64,000 bases of DNA from Balanoglossus misakiensis (lineage: Eukaryota > Animalia > Hemichordata). The position numbers and the translations under genes were made by a program. Every line of letters begins with the position of its first letter. Position 1 is the first letter of the stretch. The notes below the pieces were generated by a model that saw nothing but the letters and a program-made list of their open reading frames with translations, had not been told where the DNA came from and did no database searches. Positions 24,946 through 38,600 of this stretch are shown here, piece by piece. Location: positions 4,234,093 through 4,298,092 of the forward strand of contig CM082587.2 in NCBI GenBank assembly GCA_040954595.2, read 5' to 3'.

Positions 24946-27900
24946 TTAAGAATCACAGATAGCCTGAGAACTTTCACTGTTTTCCTCCGAGTCCAGCTTG
25001 CTCATTTTGCGTTGCTTTGTCTCAATCTCTTGCTCTTCCTCTTGTCCTTCACCAATTCCATTCTCAGAATTATCCCTGCATTTTCTCTTTCTGGTGGGCC
25101 TTTCATTTATCTCAGGAGACTTTTCGCCCTCTTGTGTTTGCCCTTGGGCAGGGCTTTCACTCCTTTCGCTGTCTGGGAATGTTTTGTGAACTTCTTGGCA
25201 AGCTTTCTGGCATATCATTTGTCCTCTCCCATTGTTTGGAGTTGGAACAAAACTGCCACTTGTCTTTTCCGGCGATGGACAGTGATCCTTGCACAGCCTT
25301 GCCAGTGTTGGGACAGTACTTTCACCCACGGCTGCCTGTGTTGTGGTTGCAGCTGGTGTTTCCCGCGTCGCGACAACGCCATCACACAGTTCCTGTGTTG
25401 CAGAAGAACTGTCACATTGGGCTTCCGAAATTGCGGTGTCACATGGGCCTTGCCCTGCTGTGATGGGATCGTTGCTTCTAGTGGCACTTTCACTTCTGTT
25501 TTCTGCCTCTGAGGTGGTACTTCCTGGCTGGACTTCCTGTGGTACACTTTGCTGACTTTCTGCAACTGAAGTGACGGTTTCACTTCCGTCAGCTACCTGC
25601 ACATCCTCAACACATCCCACTGCTCTCCCACCAGCCAATCTTCTTCCTTCATTCGCTCGGGATTTTTGGCTCCGTTTCGTGGGACCTCTGCTCGTCTCTC
25701 CCGCGGTTTTCCTCTTCTTAGCAACGGGCTGCTCCGCATCTTCTTCATCCCCCCGTTCGCTCTGGTCTTCCTGGCTCTGGCTCTTCTCCACCCTGTACCT
25801 GACCGATGCCAGACTGAAGTGCGAATTCACGTCGGAGAGCAGCACGGGCCACGAGAACACGGATGCAAATCTCCCTTGCAGCAACTTGTAACTGTTGCTC
25901 TGCCGGAGTTTCTTCAGCACCTCAAAGTCTGTCTGTTTAGTGGTGTCTGCGCGGTCGGGCTGACCACTCGAGCTCTGTTGCCTTTGAGAGCAGTAGCCGG
26001 CAAAGAACTCCTGAGAGGGCGATTTTCCGCTCGCCTTCTGGATTTCATCCACTACATATTTTGCCTTTGCAGCCAACTGTCTCTCGTGTTTTTTCAGCAC
26101 GCGGAATGCTTGCAGAGTCGCCTTGGATGGGGGAAGTGTTGGCAGGTTGAAGTGCTGTCTGTTTTTGGGTGCCACTTTTGGATTCCTGGGCGACTGCGAT
26201 GTGGCGGTTGATGGTGCAGAATACGCCGCTGAAGGTTGGGGCTGCGGTACAACGAGTGAATACACGGGAACAGCAGGTTGGTTTGCCGGCTGCGCTGCAG
26301 CGGTTACCGGACTCTGCATCAGTGTTGCTGTTGCTCTAGGAGTTGCTGCTGTTTGCAGCAAGGATCGGATGGTCGGAGTCGTGGATATCTGCGGTGCTGC
26401 AGAGGAAGTGGCTGTTGCAGGCAGTGGTGCAGCACCTACAGTGGACGAGGATGGCCGGGTAGTTGGCGCAGGAGCAGAAAGTTGGGTTGTCCCGACTGCA
26501 GTAGACGTGGCTGTTGCAGGTGGCACAGTGACAATGGCAGCAGGAGACGGCAGCCAATTCGTTGCTGCAGCACCGGGAGTGTTTTCAGACGGCACTGTTG
26601 AAGGTGCTAATGAAGCAGGTGCAGCGGGAAAGACTGGCGGAGCAGAGGGGTGACTGAAAAGTGCCTGCTGCTTGTTCGGAAACACCGGCAGTCTGGCCAC
26701 ACCCTGGTGCACCTGCAAAACTTGGCCAACGGGAGTCGGCACAGACTGCTGCGGTACCACTGTGCCAACTGGCACGTATCCTTGTGGTACACCGACAGGG
26801 GGTCTGATTGCATGTCCAATGTTTCTTTTCATTTCTAGGAGCTCCGCCACAGTGATCTTGCTGGAGTATAATTGTTCCTTCTGTGGCTTTGGAGGAGACG
26901 AGGGCGGCACTCGTCGATTCCTCAGATTGTAGGCCGTCTGCTGGGAACCAGTAGATGTGGTGGCAACTGTGGCAGTAGTAGTCAGTGATGGATTCTGCAC
27001 TGCAGGCTTGGTTGCAGCTACTGGTGTTGCAGATGCTGGAGGCACGTTGTGTGTTGTTGCCAGTGTTGGGGCTGGTGCTGGGTGCACTGGTTTCAGTGCA
27101 ACAGAGGGCGCAGCTACTGGAAACGAGTTTGGCAGTGCAGGCTGGCTTGCCACTGCCGGAGATGCTGCAGCGGAGGTTGTTGATACCGCAAGAATGGGAG
27201 GTGCTGCACCAGATGTTGACGCAGCTGCACTCTGCTGCGGTCTGGTGGAGGTGTTGGCGGTCGTTGCTCTTGATACTACGGCTGTTCCAATCTGACCTGC
27301 TGCTGTCGTCGATGTCGGGCAGCGAGTCACGGTAGGGGGCGGTACAGATGGCAGCATATTCGGAGTAACCAGTGGACGACTCCCACGCGGTGGTAGCGGC
27401 ATGAAAAATCTCGATGTCGGTGCCCGTAAATGCAAATTGTACGCTGGGGGCTGCACCACGGGAACCAGTCGCGGCGACAGAAACGTGACAGGGACACCGC
27501 GGGGAATTCTCAGTACAGGGATCCTCGGCAGCATCTGTTGCGGATACGGGTGTCGCACACTCGGATTATTCTGCTGACACACGTTCAGTGGTCGATTTGG
27601 AACGGCTGGTGCGAGTCTGGGATGTGGGATGGTGCCTGGCGTGGCCCGACCAGCTTGCATCACGGACGTCTTTGGGACCAGTTGCGCCTGGTTGTCTGTC
27701 CGCACGGGATCTTCTGCACACGGAGCAATTTTCGATGAAGCCAGCTTGACATCAATATCCATAGCCTGGATGAATTAAGAGCAGACGAACAATCAGAGAA
27801 ATTAAAATACACATAAAAACAGTACTGATGATCAAGTCCCAAGTCCTTGCTTGTAATTAAAGCAGGTTAATCCAGAACTGACACAAAATACTGCAAAAAC

Positions 27901-30900
27901 TACAGTAATAAACAAAACCAACCCACCCTCATCAAAACGCCTAAGATGCTCATCTTCTCTGCTCCTGCTGGTGTATTCGAATTCACTGTATAACAAAGGA
28001 CATTATTATGTTAATTAAGTCAGTATACAGTAGGTCAGATCCTCTTTTTTGAGGGGAGGCAAGGAACAGGCTTCTGTATACCTTAAAATTTATTTCATCG
28101 GAAAGTGTTTTTTTTTTGCAAAATAAAAAGCATGTACATGTATTTATATCAATTTTTTTGAGCAAAAAAACAGCTCTCACCTTTGGGATACTTCAGAGGT
28201 CTCCCCTTTTGTGAGCTGCTTTTTTTCTTCTTCGACTTTTGTGTCATGACACCCATGATGTTCTTGTCCAGTTCCTTGCTTGCATTCCGTCCAACTGGTC
28301 TCCGTGGCGCAACAGCCGTCCCGGAGGCACCACCGCCCAGTCCGAGCACAGTCAGGATGTTGTCTATAGAGCTGTTCTCCTTCAGTGTGCTGAGTTTCTC
28401 CGCCTTTGAGAGCAGCGGTCTGCCATCCTGTCAAAACAAATGCAATATATAATTTTTGATCTACACATTGGCTCAGTTCTCAGCATGCAACAAATATTAT
28501 AGTGTTATTCACAAAAAACATCCATTTTTAGAAGGGTGCACTCTTTATGAAAAGTGCGTATGATGGTATTTTTTTTACCTTTGACAATGGCACTTGTGCT
28601 CTGACTTGTTTATGTTCCGTCACTAGTTCCTTCAACAACTCATTGACGCTCACTTTGGAATAGTCGGCCAACGCTTGCACCACGTTCTGGTTCAGCTTGA
28701 TGCCGGCTTTGTTGGGTTTGGTTTCCCTTTGTTTGGGCTTTTTCGGCTTTTTCGGCGGTGGTGGTTTTCGTTCTCTTTTTCTGGGCTTCCTCTCCCGCTT
28801 TCTTTCCCTGGGTTTCCGCACCTTCTGCTTTTTCTCTGCCGGTTTCTTCGTGGTGGGTTTCTTCGCAGAATTACCCTTCTTAAACCAGCCGCACTTTTTT
28901 TGGTGGTGGGGGGGGAGGGGTGATAAGAAAAAAAATGTTATTAAAAGGGATTTGTCAGACCTTGATACAGACTGAAAATTAGGCCACCCTTACAATGACA
29001 GACAGTAAGCACATGGTTCAATTTCAACTGTTGTACATGTACATGTACATGGCAAAGCTGAAATCGTACAAAATATGCGTGATTTTGGACAACACATGGT
29101 CCTTACCAGTTTCCTGTATCGCCACAAGATGCTGTTCGGCCGTCTGCCACCTCCCATCTTGCTTGCAATTGTGGACCAGTTGCCTGAGGGCCAAAAAATA
29201 AAATAGCAAGGAAATATTGAGCATGGTTGACTCTTCCAGAGTTGAGCCTCAAAACGGTCAAATCATACCAACAAAATGCCAGGATGTAAAGATCACATAG
29301 GGGGGTCATGAAAGTGGCCTAGCCCTTCTGATATTCCAACGCACGTACCTATACCGTGTTCAACGACCAACTGCATCAGTTTGGTGTCTTCAGCCTCTTC
29401 CCAGGGCCCTCTCTTCACATTGGGCTTCAGGGCGTTCAACCATCTGTGTTTAAGCAGTAAACATGTTCCTCGGTTAAAGACAAATATCGCCAACAGGTGA
29501 TTGTACACTAAAGTCGCATAGACTCACAGTCAGACATAGACATATAGACACACATAAACTGATAGACAGACACACAGACAGACAGTCAGACATAGACATA
29601 TAGACACACATAAACTGACAGACAGAGACAAACATAAACACACACACATTTTGAGTCATGAGAGTACAGTCAAGAGATACCTACCGATCCCGGATTTGGG
29701 ATGAAATTCTTCCAGGTATCAAAGGTGTTACGGCCTTCCAATTTTCACCGTAAAGGTCAATGGCCTGCCTCAACAGCTGCAATTGAGCAAAGAACAGTCA
29801 AATGTAAAGATCGAGACAACTCTACACCTGATTTTCAACCAGATTGGGGAAACAGTATGCACAGGCAAGATGGGTCGGAGTATCTTAAATGAACTCGATT
29901 ACCTCGTTCTCTTCTTCGCTCCATTTTCCCCTTTTCAGTTTCGGATCCACAGTATGCCTCCATCTGTTGTACACCCTGTTTGGTGTGCAACCATCCAGAA
30001 AGTAGGCCACTGTAATGAACACAAACAGAACAGAAATTTCACCTTTACAACACATTACAGTAAAACCAGTCTAAAACTGAACCCTGTGAAATCTAGCAGT
30101 GTGTCAAACTGTCAGAGACTAATTACTATAGCGATTCCCACTTACCTTTGGTGTAAGGAATCCTGTCTCCAATCCTAAGTTTTTCGATAATTTCTCCCAA
30201 AAGTATGTCGTCTTCCTCTGTAAATTTCCTGGAAGCAAAAAAATAAGAAACCGTGATTTCCTTCCTGCATATTTTCCATTTAATATCAGTTCAATCTATC
30301 AATACAGCAGATCACTGGTAATTGTCATGCACCATGGTTTGCTCCGTTTCTGTTGTTTTCTATGGCAAGCTTGCATTTTGGATGACATATTGGCTTCATG
30401 TGCAGTCCAAATTTATACTCACTTTTTCTCCAAGTTTGGATTGAGACGTTGCTGGTATCTCTGAATACACTGCCAGGTGCTTCGTCCGGTCTGTGGAAAA
30501 TTGAAACGAGAAAATTCTACTGACCAACAAATTTTAAACTGCTGATCGTCAAGGCATGCAGAGTGGGGATGTGGTAAACAAAACAACAGATATCAACAAA
30601 ATATACTAGATTTTCTGAAAATGCAACTCACACCCAGGGACTCAGCTATGGTATTCCAGTTCCTGGCTTCATTCTCCTCCACAGCTTCAACCAGCTTGTC
30701 ATCTTCCTCTTTGCTCCACGGAGAAGTACTTATGGACGGATGCAATCTGTTCCGCCACACCAATTCACACTCTATAGCTGTCCTTTCACCATTGAACTGT
30801 GCGGTTTACACGAAAAACAATAGATTCTCGATTCTCATTGTGTTACTTTAACAAGGGATGAAAGGCACAAAGGCATGCTCCACACAATTGCCTTCTTTGG

Positions 30901-33099
30901 TTCATTTTCTTAGATGAGAGAAGTTATCAATATCACTGGAGTTTTGCACACTTACATCAACGCAGGCAATTTTGTCCCAGTCTTTTTTGCCTTCCCATCG
31001 CTCACCAATGAATTCACTTTCGGGCATGTTACTGCAAATAAAATAAAACATCAATAATAAATGGCTTACCAACCCTCCACACTTATATGTATGTCCTTTT
31101 CTGTCAAAAAATGGCAACAACAAAAACAACTGAACTTACCCAATCTGCTGAATCTGTTCCTGCAGGTCATTGATAGCTTTCTGGATGTCATCTATCTCGC
31201 TGTCAGGCACTTTATCAAACTTCCTGCGTAACACTTCCTGTTTGTTCATCAAGGGCTGCAGTCTCTGCTTCTTGCCGTCTGAACACACAGCTTTGTGGAG
31301 AATTCCCCTCTCACTGGCGGTCCCTGAGAAAATAAAAAATAAACCCAGAAAATTCAAAACTATTGGAAATCATCCATACAACACACAACCGGTACTTTCC
31401 TTGGTTCATGCAGCCTAAGTCCATAACCTCTCTCCTCTTAGCAGACCAGTCGGGTATACTTACATTTCCTGGGAAGACTTCTGTGGGCAAATGTGTGTCC
31501 ACTCTGTTTCCGCGAAACAGTTTCACCATTGGCACTTGGAGTCTGAAACAAAGTAACACAAATGGGGAAATGAACTTATGTGAGATGATTCATGCAGAGG
31601 TGATATGATATGCAACTAACTGTTCGGCTAGAATGAAAGCTAGCATCGTTTCACGTACACAAACATGAGTAACGTAAAAGCAACTTACACTGCCCGTTTC
31701 GTCTTTGAAGAAAATGTTGAAATGCTTTCCTAACGCATTGTTCTTGCCGAGTCGGCCGGATTTGCTGCCGTCGCCACTCAGTTCTTCATTAATGGCTTCC
31801 TGAAAGGGGAAGGGGGGGGGTGGGGGGAGAGGGGCAAGGTGTCAGTCATGGTGCACACACATGCATGCAAATGTACACACAAAGATTTGAACCATGTAAA
31901 GCAAGCACGAGTCCTCAGAGTTGGGTGACGTGAGGCATCCTACCTGCTTCTTCCGATTTTCCTCCAACATAATCTTAAGCGTCCTCAGATTTTCATTGAT
32001 CATAAACTGGTAGACGCCATTCAGGTGAAGGCAGTGCTGTGGACTGGCAGCAATCTCTCCATCGGGATCCACTGCTTCATTGTCGTTGTTGGGGGCGCTG
32101 TGCTCTTCTTCTTCTTCCGATAGCGTGCAGTCATCCTGATTGAAAACAAGAAATGTTGCTCAGGTCAGCTGCTGCAGTTTGTGAGATAGCGCATGTGTGT
32201 GTGTGTCCGTGTGTGTGCACATGTTTGTACATGTGTACGCAAGATGCATGTCTGTTTGCCTAGGCTCCCTGTCTGTCTGTCAGTCTATATGTATGTATGT
32301 ATGTGTGTGTGTGTGTTATGCATGTATGTTATCTAAATGACATCTTGTATGTCATTTAGCTATCATCACATTTGTGTACTTTTACTTTCTTTTATTTTTT
32401 AATGTGGGAAATGTTTCGTGTAATTTTACCTGTGTTCTTGAGCTTTCTCTTGACGCAACTGACCTTACAGTGAGACCTGCAACACAAATGAAACACAAAA
32501 TAACATACCACAAGTCACATAATATTATAATATATAAAGACAGGAGTGATGTTGGGCGACCATACGGGTCTCTAAAATCTAGGCGGTAGATCGAGTATGC
32601 TTGTTTCCCATTGCTATCACCATACATGTATGTGCAGTGCATTTTGCACTGGTAATTGAAAGGGATCGGGTCGTCCCTTTCAATTTTTAATCAGCCAGGG
32701 CTAAGTTTTCACATACCGGAAGTGCTGTCTTTTCATACCTGTTTTGTTTACAAATGAATGGTAGTATGGTGCTGTTTTGAACGGGGTTTTGAACTGCGCA
32801 GTACATCGCGGGAAGATGTACACAATACGTGTATGTATGTACGTCAAGCAAGCGTGGAAATATGCGATGCGTAACAGTAAATGTTGAGCGTGTTTTATAC
32901 CTGCGGTTCGAAACTCTTGGTTGACATAATTGGCATCACCATCATCCTCCTCCTCCTCATCTTCGGATAGGAACTCCTCGTCTTCCGACGAACTTCCCGC
33001 AGTAGCGTCTTCTCCCAGCACACGATTCAGTTGCTGAATGTCTTCTTGGATTTTCTGGAGATCTTCTCCCCCCTCTCCTTGCACATTCATGTCAGCCAT
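24946..33099 (-). CDS. SNAPC4: snRNA-activating protein complex subunit 4 (SNAP190), Myb-repeat protein
   Basis: About 18 exons, from ATG 33099 (first exon to 32901) to a 2.8-kb last exon 27765-24946. N-terminal LHLNGVYQ..I...L..NRKKQ and FFKDETG.TP.AN motifs. Myb repeats include DWDKIACVDF...CELVWRNRLHPSI...PWSKEEDDKL...WNTIAESLGTGRS.WQC..RYQ, KRGKWSEEE, RDRWLNALKPNVKRGPWEEAED and GNWSTIASKM. The conserved C-terminal block YKLLQGRFASVFSWPVLL follows Pro/Ala/Thr-rich low-complexity sequence. Confidence 0.9.
29518..29650. repeat. Degenerate (ACAG)/(AC) simple repeat with an internal duplication
   Basis: CAGTCAGACATAGACATATAGACACACATAAACTGA occurs twice, 56 bp apart, in a SNAPC4 intron. Confidence 0.8.
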
Positions 33100-35416
33100 G
33101 ATAATTTAGTTGAAGTTGAAACTCTGATGTACAACCTATGGGTATCGCCATGTTGGATATGTACAACAACGTTGATGGGGTCATTTTGGGTCATTAGAGG
33201 TCAAAGTTCATATTTAGATTTTCAAGGCGCTCCGACATGTACATTCTCTACAATTTCTAGCTACGTCGCATACGAAAAAGGTGTTAAGAAATCACACGGA
33301 TGTTATTTTCGTTCACAATATTCAAGATATTGGCAGACAAGAAAACTAAAAAGAAGCCGGGTCGAACTCTTGGTGGCGCTGGACTCATCGACGCAACGGT
33401 GGCGCGCGAACGCGCGCGCGCGCGTACGTACACTCTGTACGCTCTACAGACTCTGTACCAACAGCTTGTCGACATGCTTTCAGGAAAAGTTTTTCGATCG
33501 ATTATTTCAAAACGATAAAAACAAAACAATGACATTTATGGCGACTCATTTTTCTATATGAGATGCACACACAAAACATGGACAGAAGACTCGACTGCAT
33601 TGTGCAGAAGTTTTAATACATGTATTATCGACAAATATTGGGTACATCAGATCAAAAATAATTACCGCTTTTAATTAACAAAGCATTCCAGTTGCCTATA
33701 AAATTAGACCGAACACATAAAAGACAATTTCTCTGTGATAGGTCCGGCGTCATGCAAGCTTTAGTCGTAAAAATCGGGACGTTTAATACAAGACAAATCT
33801 ACACAAAACGACTAAGAAAGTCCCAGTACATGTACCATTGTTGAGCATAAAATTTATTCATCATTGTTACATCAATTTTACATTGATTCCAGAGATATCC
33901 TTGATAATACAACAAATGCAATTTCTTGTACATTACACATAATGAACTCATCATAAATTCACAATCGAAACGACCAAACGGTCGCATCGTCAGTGTTAAA
34001 GTACACATACAAAGCACACTATTATATACAACGATACATTTCTCATGCAATATCGGATGAAAAAAAACTTAGTGAAAATAATCGCGGTATGCTACATTTT
34101 AATTGATGAACTATTTCGTGACGTAAACTTTGTTAGCCAATTCTTAGCTGTACGTGACGTCATTTGTTTGCAGTGGGAAGACTAACACATCATGGTAGGC
34201 ACCTTTGGCCACACGAGATCGATTAACTCGGGTACGACATGAACGTATGTACAGAGTGCATTGGCTTGGGCGATGGGCGAAACACGCTCTACCCATTTCA
34301 CCAGGGGCCTGTCGTACATTTTTTTAATGAACTGCAATTTAGAAACCAATTAGCGCAGAATTCAATGGTCATTAACACTGGTCGATGTTGGGGGAACTAA
34401 TAGTTTTTTTTTATTTGCGCCCAAATGCTTTTAAGCATGCGCAAGTTTCTTGTGGTAGGCATGCATGGCCATCAAGTTTTTTCCTTCAAAAAACGTTTTT
34501 GATTCGAGTATTTACACCCCTGAATGAATTTCCATGTTTTACTATACTATCATGCCATGACCATCTATACAAAGTCGTTATTTTGTTAGTCTGGGGTGGG
34601 GGGCAGCGAGTTAGGAACATACCTTCTGGGTGAGCTGATATTTTGACTATCTTATAATGCAGTGGAATTCGACCCTAAATTATGCCTGTAGGCTGCAAGT
34701 GTAGTGTGTCATATATGTGAAGGGATTGGTGGTTGCCATACCAATATATTTTAATCATCACTTTCATCTTTTAAATCTCCAGGGAAACGGCATGTTCCAC
34801 CTGTGATGCATTTTAGGTGGGGATGAGGGGAAACAGAGGGGCATGTGATGCCCCCCTCCCCTTAGGCTTATCTAATTCAGTAATGTTCAATGGGAGATAG
34901 TTGCTCATGAGGGACTTTTTATGAGGGGACCCTAGGTAGGGCCAAGGAACTCTTTCGCAAAGACTGTGCTAACTCTACAAAAAAGATGTATAATTTGTGA
35001 ACATTGAAAATTTCTCTAAAAAAAGCATTTTCATCCATACTTCTGGCAAGTATATTTTTCCTTCCATTTTGGATGGTTGCATTTTTATTACAAATATACC
35101 TCATTTTTATGTACAATAGAAAAGTTCAAAGTTCATCATGAAATAAATATTTCTTTTTTTCTCCCCCACAGGTGAGACGGTTACCCACCCGCTTAGCACA
35201 ATTGTCAGTATCAAAAATCAGTGATTAAAAACCAATTTGTCAATGTGGCAAAAAGATTTCACCAGTCCTATTCCAATCGATGCCACAAAACAATATTTCC
35301 ATGTTCTCTGTACACATTATTCTTCCGTTGAGAAGATCCCACGTTAAAAAAAAAGACGCAAATGTTCGAGTCCAAAAGCTCTGGCGACTTTCTCTCTTAA
35401 TGGGCCATCCCCGCTA

Positions 35417-35656
35417 CTATTGCTGCGGAGGTGGTGGCGGTGGTGGTGGTTGGGGAAGTAGTGGCGCGTTCACACCGGGATGAATGAACTGGCACTGGTC
35501 GCCAAAACGGCATCCCCTTGGTCCCATGAAATGGTAGCAGACTGGGCGTTCCGACATGCCTACAAAAAAAAGTGGTGACAAGAACGATCAGTCAGTGTCA
35601 TGTGAGAGAGAGAGCGAGAGAGAGGGGGGGGGTGGAGAGAGAGAGAGAGGGGGGGG

Positions 35657-35687
<31 letters not shown>

Positions 35688-38600
35688 AGAGAGAGAGAGA
35701 AATCTGTACTAGATACTCTTACAGAATCCAAACAGATACACTTGAACCTCAAGATGTTGTTATAAGTGGGGAGTCCATCACAAAAACCCACAACTTGAGG
35801 GGCCTTATTTAAGCATGTTGAAATTTCACTTTTCACGAGGTGTGACTTGGGGAGGGCTCTGTTGTCATGAACAACAGTTCGCCATATTGTAAAACACAAA
35901 AACGGCGCAACATATTTACCTCTGCCTCTACTGCGGCCCCTGGGACCTGCTCCCCTTCCACGGAATCCATGATGTCCCATGAATCCGTCGTCTCCTCTTC
36001 CGCGCCCACCCCGGCCTCTCATGTGACCCCTTGGACTTCCTCTCATTGGCCCTGGTGGTGGACCCGGGTGGAACGGACCCTGGTCGGGAAACCCTGGACC
36101 CATTGGTGGGAGTGGCCCGCCTAAGTTGGACAAACAGAACAGAAATAGTTTTGTGAGACTGGTGGTTGCATGTCACAATCAATTATTCAAAGTGGGAATT
36201 ACAAAAACAGTTACTGTCTTATAAGTTTGTCTTCTAGCTCTTTTGTGAGTTCATAATTCAAAGGACCCAGATGCCAGCAACAGAGAGAATTGTTTGCTGT
36301 GTGTCAAAAGCCAAAAGAATTAGGCTACGCCTGATCAAGAGAAATTCGGCAAGAGTATTCAAACATACCTGGTCCTGGTGTTGGCAGTGGAAGTAAACCT
36401 TGACCAGGGGCTGGTCCATGCATGGGCATGGGACCACCTGGTGGCATCCCCATACCTGGGGGCGGCATGCCGTGCGGTCCTGGTGGCCCAAGTGGCATTG
36501 GTCCCGGTGGCATGTTACCCTGTTGTGGCAGTGGCCCTGGCATGTTCCCTTGCTGGTCGGGATCCATGGGTGGACCTGAGAAGAATGGGTGGCATCACAT
36601 TTAAAATTTGCAAAAAAAAATACATTTCACAGGCGTACCTGCACCTGAGAACCACTAGATCTTAACCCTCTCACCACCATGGTTTGACCCAAATCCATTA
36701 ATTCCTATGGTAAAATTTGACCTCTATAGAGGAAACTGGGGATGTCCTGTCTGTGGCTGAGGGTAGGGGTCCCTTATGACACAGAGCCAGGCACGCCCCT
36801 GACCTCGAATGAATACATTTAAAAAAGCCTCACCTTGTCCTGGTAGTTGATTTTTGAAAGGTTCCAGAATCTCCTTCAGCTTATTAGTCATATCCTTTTG
36901 CTCTCTCATCTGTTGTGGTGTTATAGTCTGGTTATTACCAGGTGATCCCTGATTGGGTAGCAAGAAGGAAGATCGCGACTTGTCAATCTACGCGTTTTGT
37001 TAAATGTGAAACATAAAGAAATTAAGTTCACAGAAGCATTATCAAAATTAGATGCATGTAGGGGAAAGGACTTCCTGAATCGAATTAAGATCTTACCATG
37101 ATGGACGAGAGTAGACTCTGCACATTCTTGACAGTGGTGTTTGGCGAAGGCGGCTCTTGAGGCTTCGGCATCTGAGGAGCGGGCGTCGCCGGCGCCTTGG
37201 CCTGCTGCATCAGCGATGCCAGGGCCGGCGGGAGATTGCCGCGGTTGGCCATGTCTTGCTGCGGCTGCACCTGCTGGAGTTGCTGCTGCGGAGGTGGTGG
37301 TGGCTGCAGCACCTCGTGGCTGTAGAAGTGGTGGTGCTGCTGGTCATGTGGCTGCTCACCCATCAATGCGGGGTCGGTGTATCCGTCACCCGGGGCCGTG
37401 TCCATGGCAGATTCCTGGGATGAAAACAAAACATGATTGAAAAGGTCCTTCTCTGATATTACCCATCCCAATCGTGAAATATTTCCCAATACTTCCCGAC
37501 AATTCCTCACTTCACTGATGTACATACGGTGCCAAGTTCATATGCTCAAAAATTTGATTTTTTCTCCGATCTCATGTCAACATCCAACGCGCCATGCAGA
37601 ACACTGTCGCACAGAACCTGACATTACACTGTGACACTTACATCTTCTAAAGGTATAGTCTTTGGTTCATCAGGCTCCACTGCCTCTGGGTCTGGTTCAT
37701 GTGGACTGTCAGGAAGACTGGCTTTGTCGAAGAACAGCTCTTGAAGTACACTCATTTCTCTTTCTCTCTGTAAAGTGGAAGACAATCAGGCATATTGTCA
37801 GCACATTTTTTTACATTCTCCATTTTTCAGATATTGTAAAATGCAAAATTAGAAACAAACCGGGAAAATGCTACGTAAGGCACAACTGACCTGTACAACT
37901 TTTTCTGTGCTGTTCAAACCGGGTTCTACTGGCAGTGGTGGAAGATCCATATAAAATCTTCTCCACTGTGGAACAGAAAAGAAAAATGAAAAAAAAATTA
38001 GTGAAATAACCCTATGCATGTATGTGTGCATGAAGATGTTGACAGCTGATTGCTCAAAATAGAGAAAAACAACAACAAAAACAACAACAAAACAAACTTA
38101 CAGGCATGAATTCCTTGTTTTTCGCTTCAACTTTGTGATTCTCATCCGAAATCTTCATCCCTCTCTTGGCAGACTCTATGGCCTGTTTCTCTTGAAGCAT
38201 ATCCATGTGAGCCGCATCACGGAAATCTTTCACATTGTTCACGTTCACTGTCAAAGGCAAAGTTCAGAGTCAAGGTCAGGGGCGGTCAAAATGCACGTCA
38301 GTGCCATAGGGGGTGTAATGAATTAAATTAAAAATCTGAGTGCTTTTAGTGTTGCTGTAAAATATAGAAATTTAATCAAAATGGCCATAAATCATTTACC
38401 TCGTTCCGTCTCATCCATTTCAAAGAAACACACTTGGACCAATTTGTCGAGCTCCGCCCAAGACACCGATTTCTTTTTCTTAGACATCATTGTAAGGATG
38501 CCGGTTGCCTCTGACTGATCACCGTCCTCTTTCTTGCCATTGCTATTCGAGTCTTCATCATTCTGACCGGCAGTGTAAAATCGAACTAGAAAAATGGGGG

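Noticed and set aside
24998-27738. Many plus-strand ORFs opposite the SNAPC4 last exon, and the 938-aa ORF as a separate gene
   Set aside because: The plus-strand ORFs are shadows of low-complexity codons. The 938-aa ORF splices in frame to the upstream Myb exons and contains the SNAPC4 C-terminal motif.
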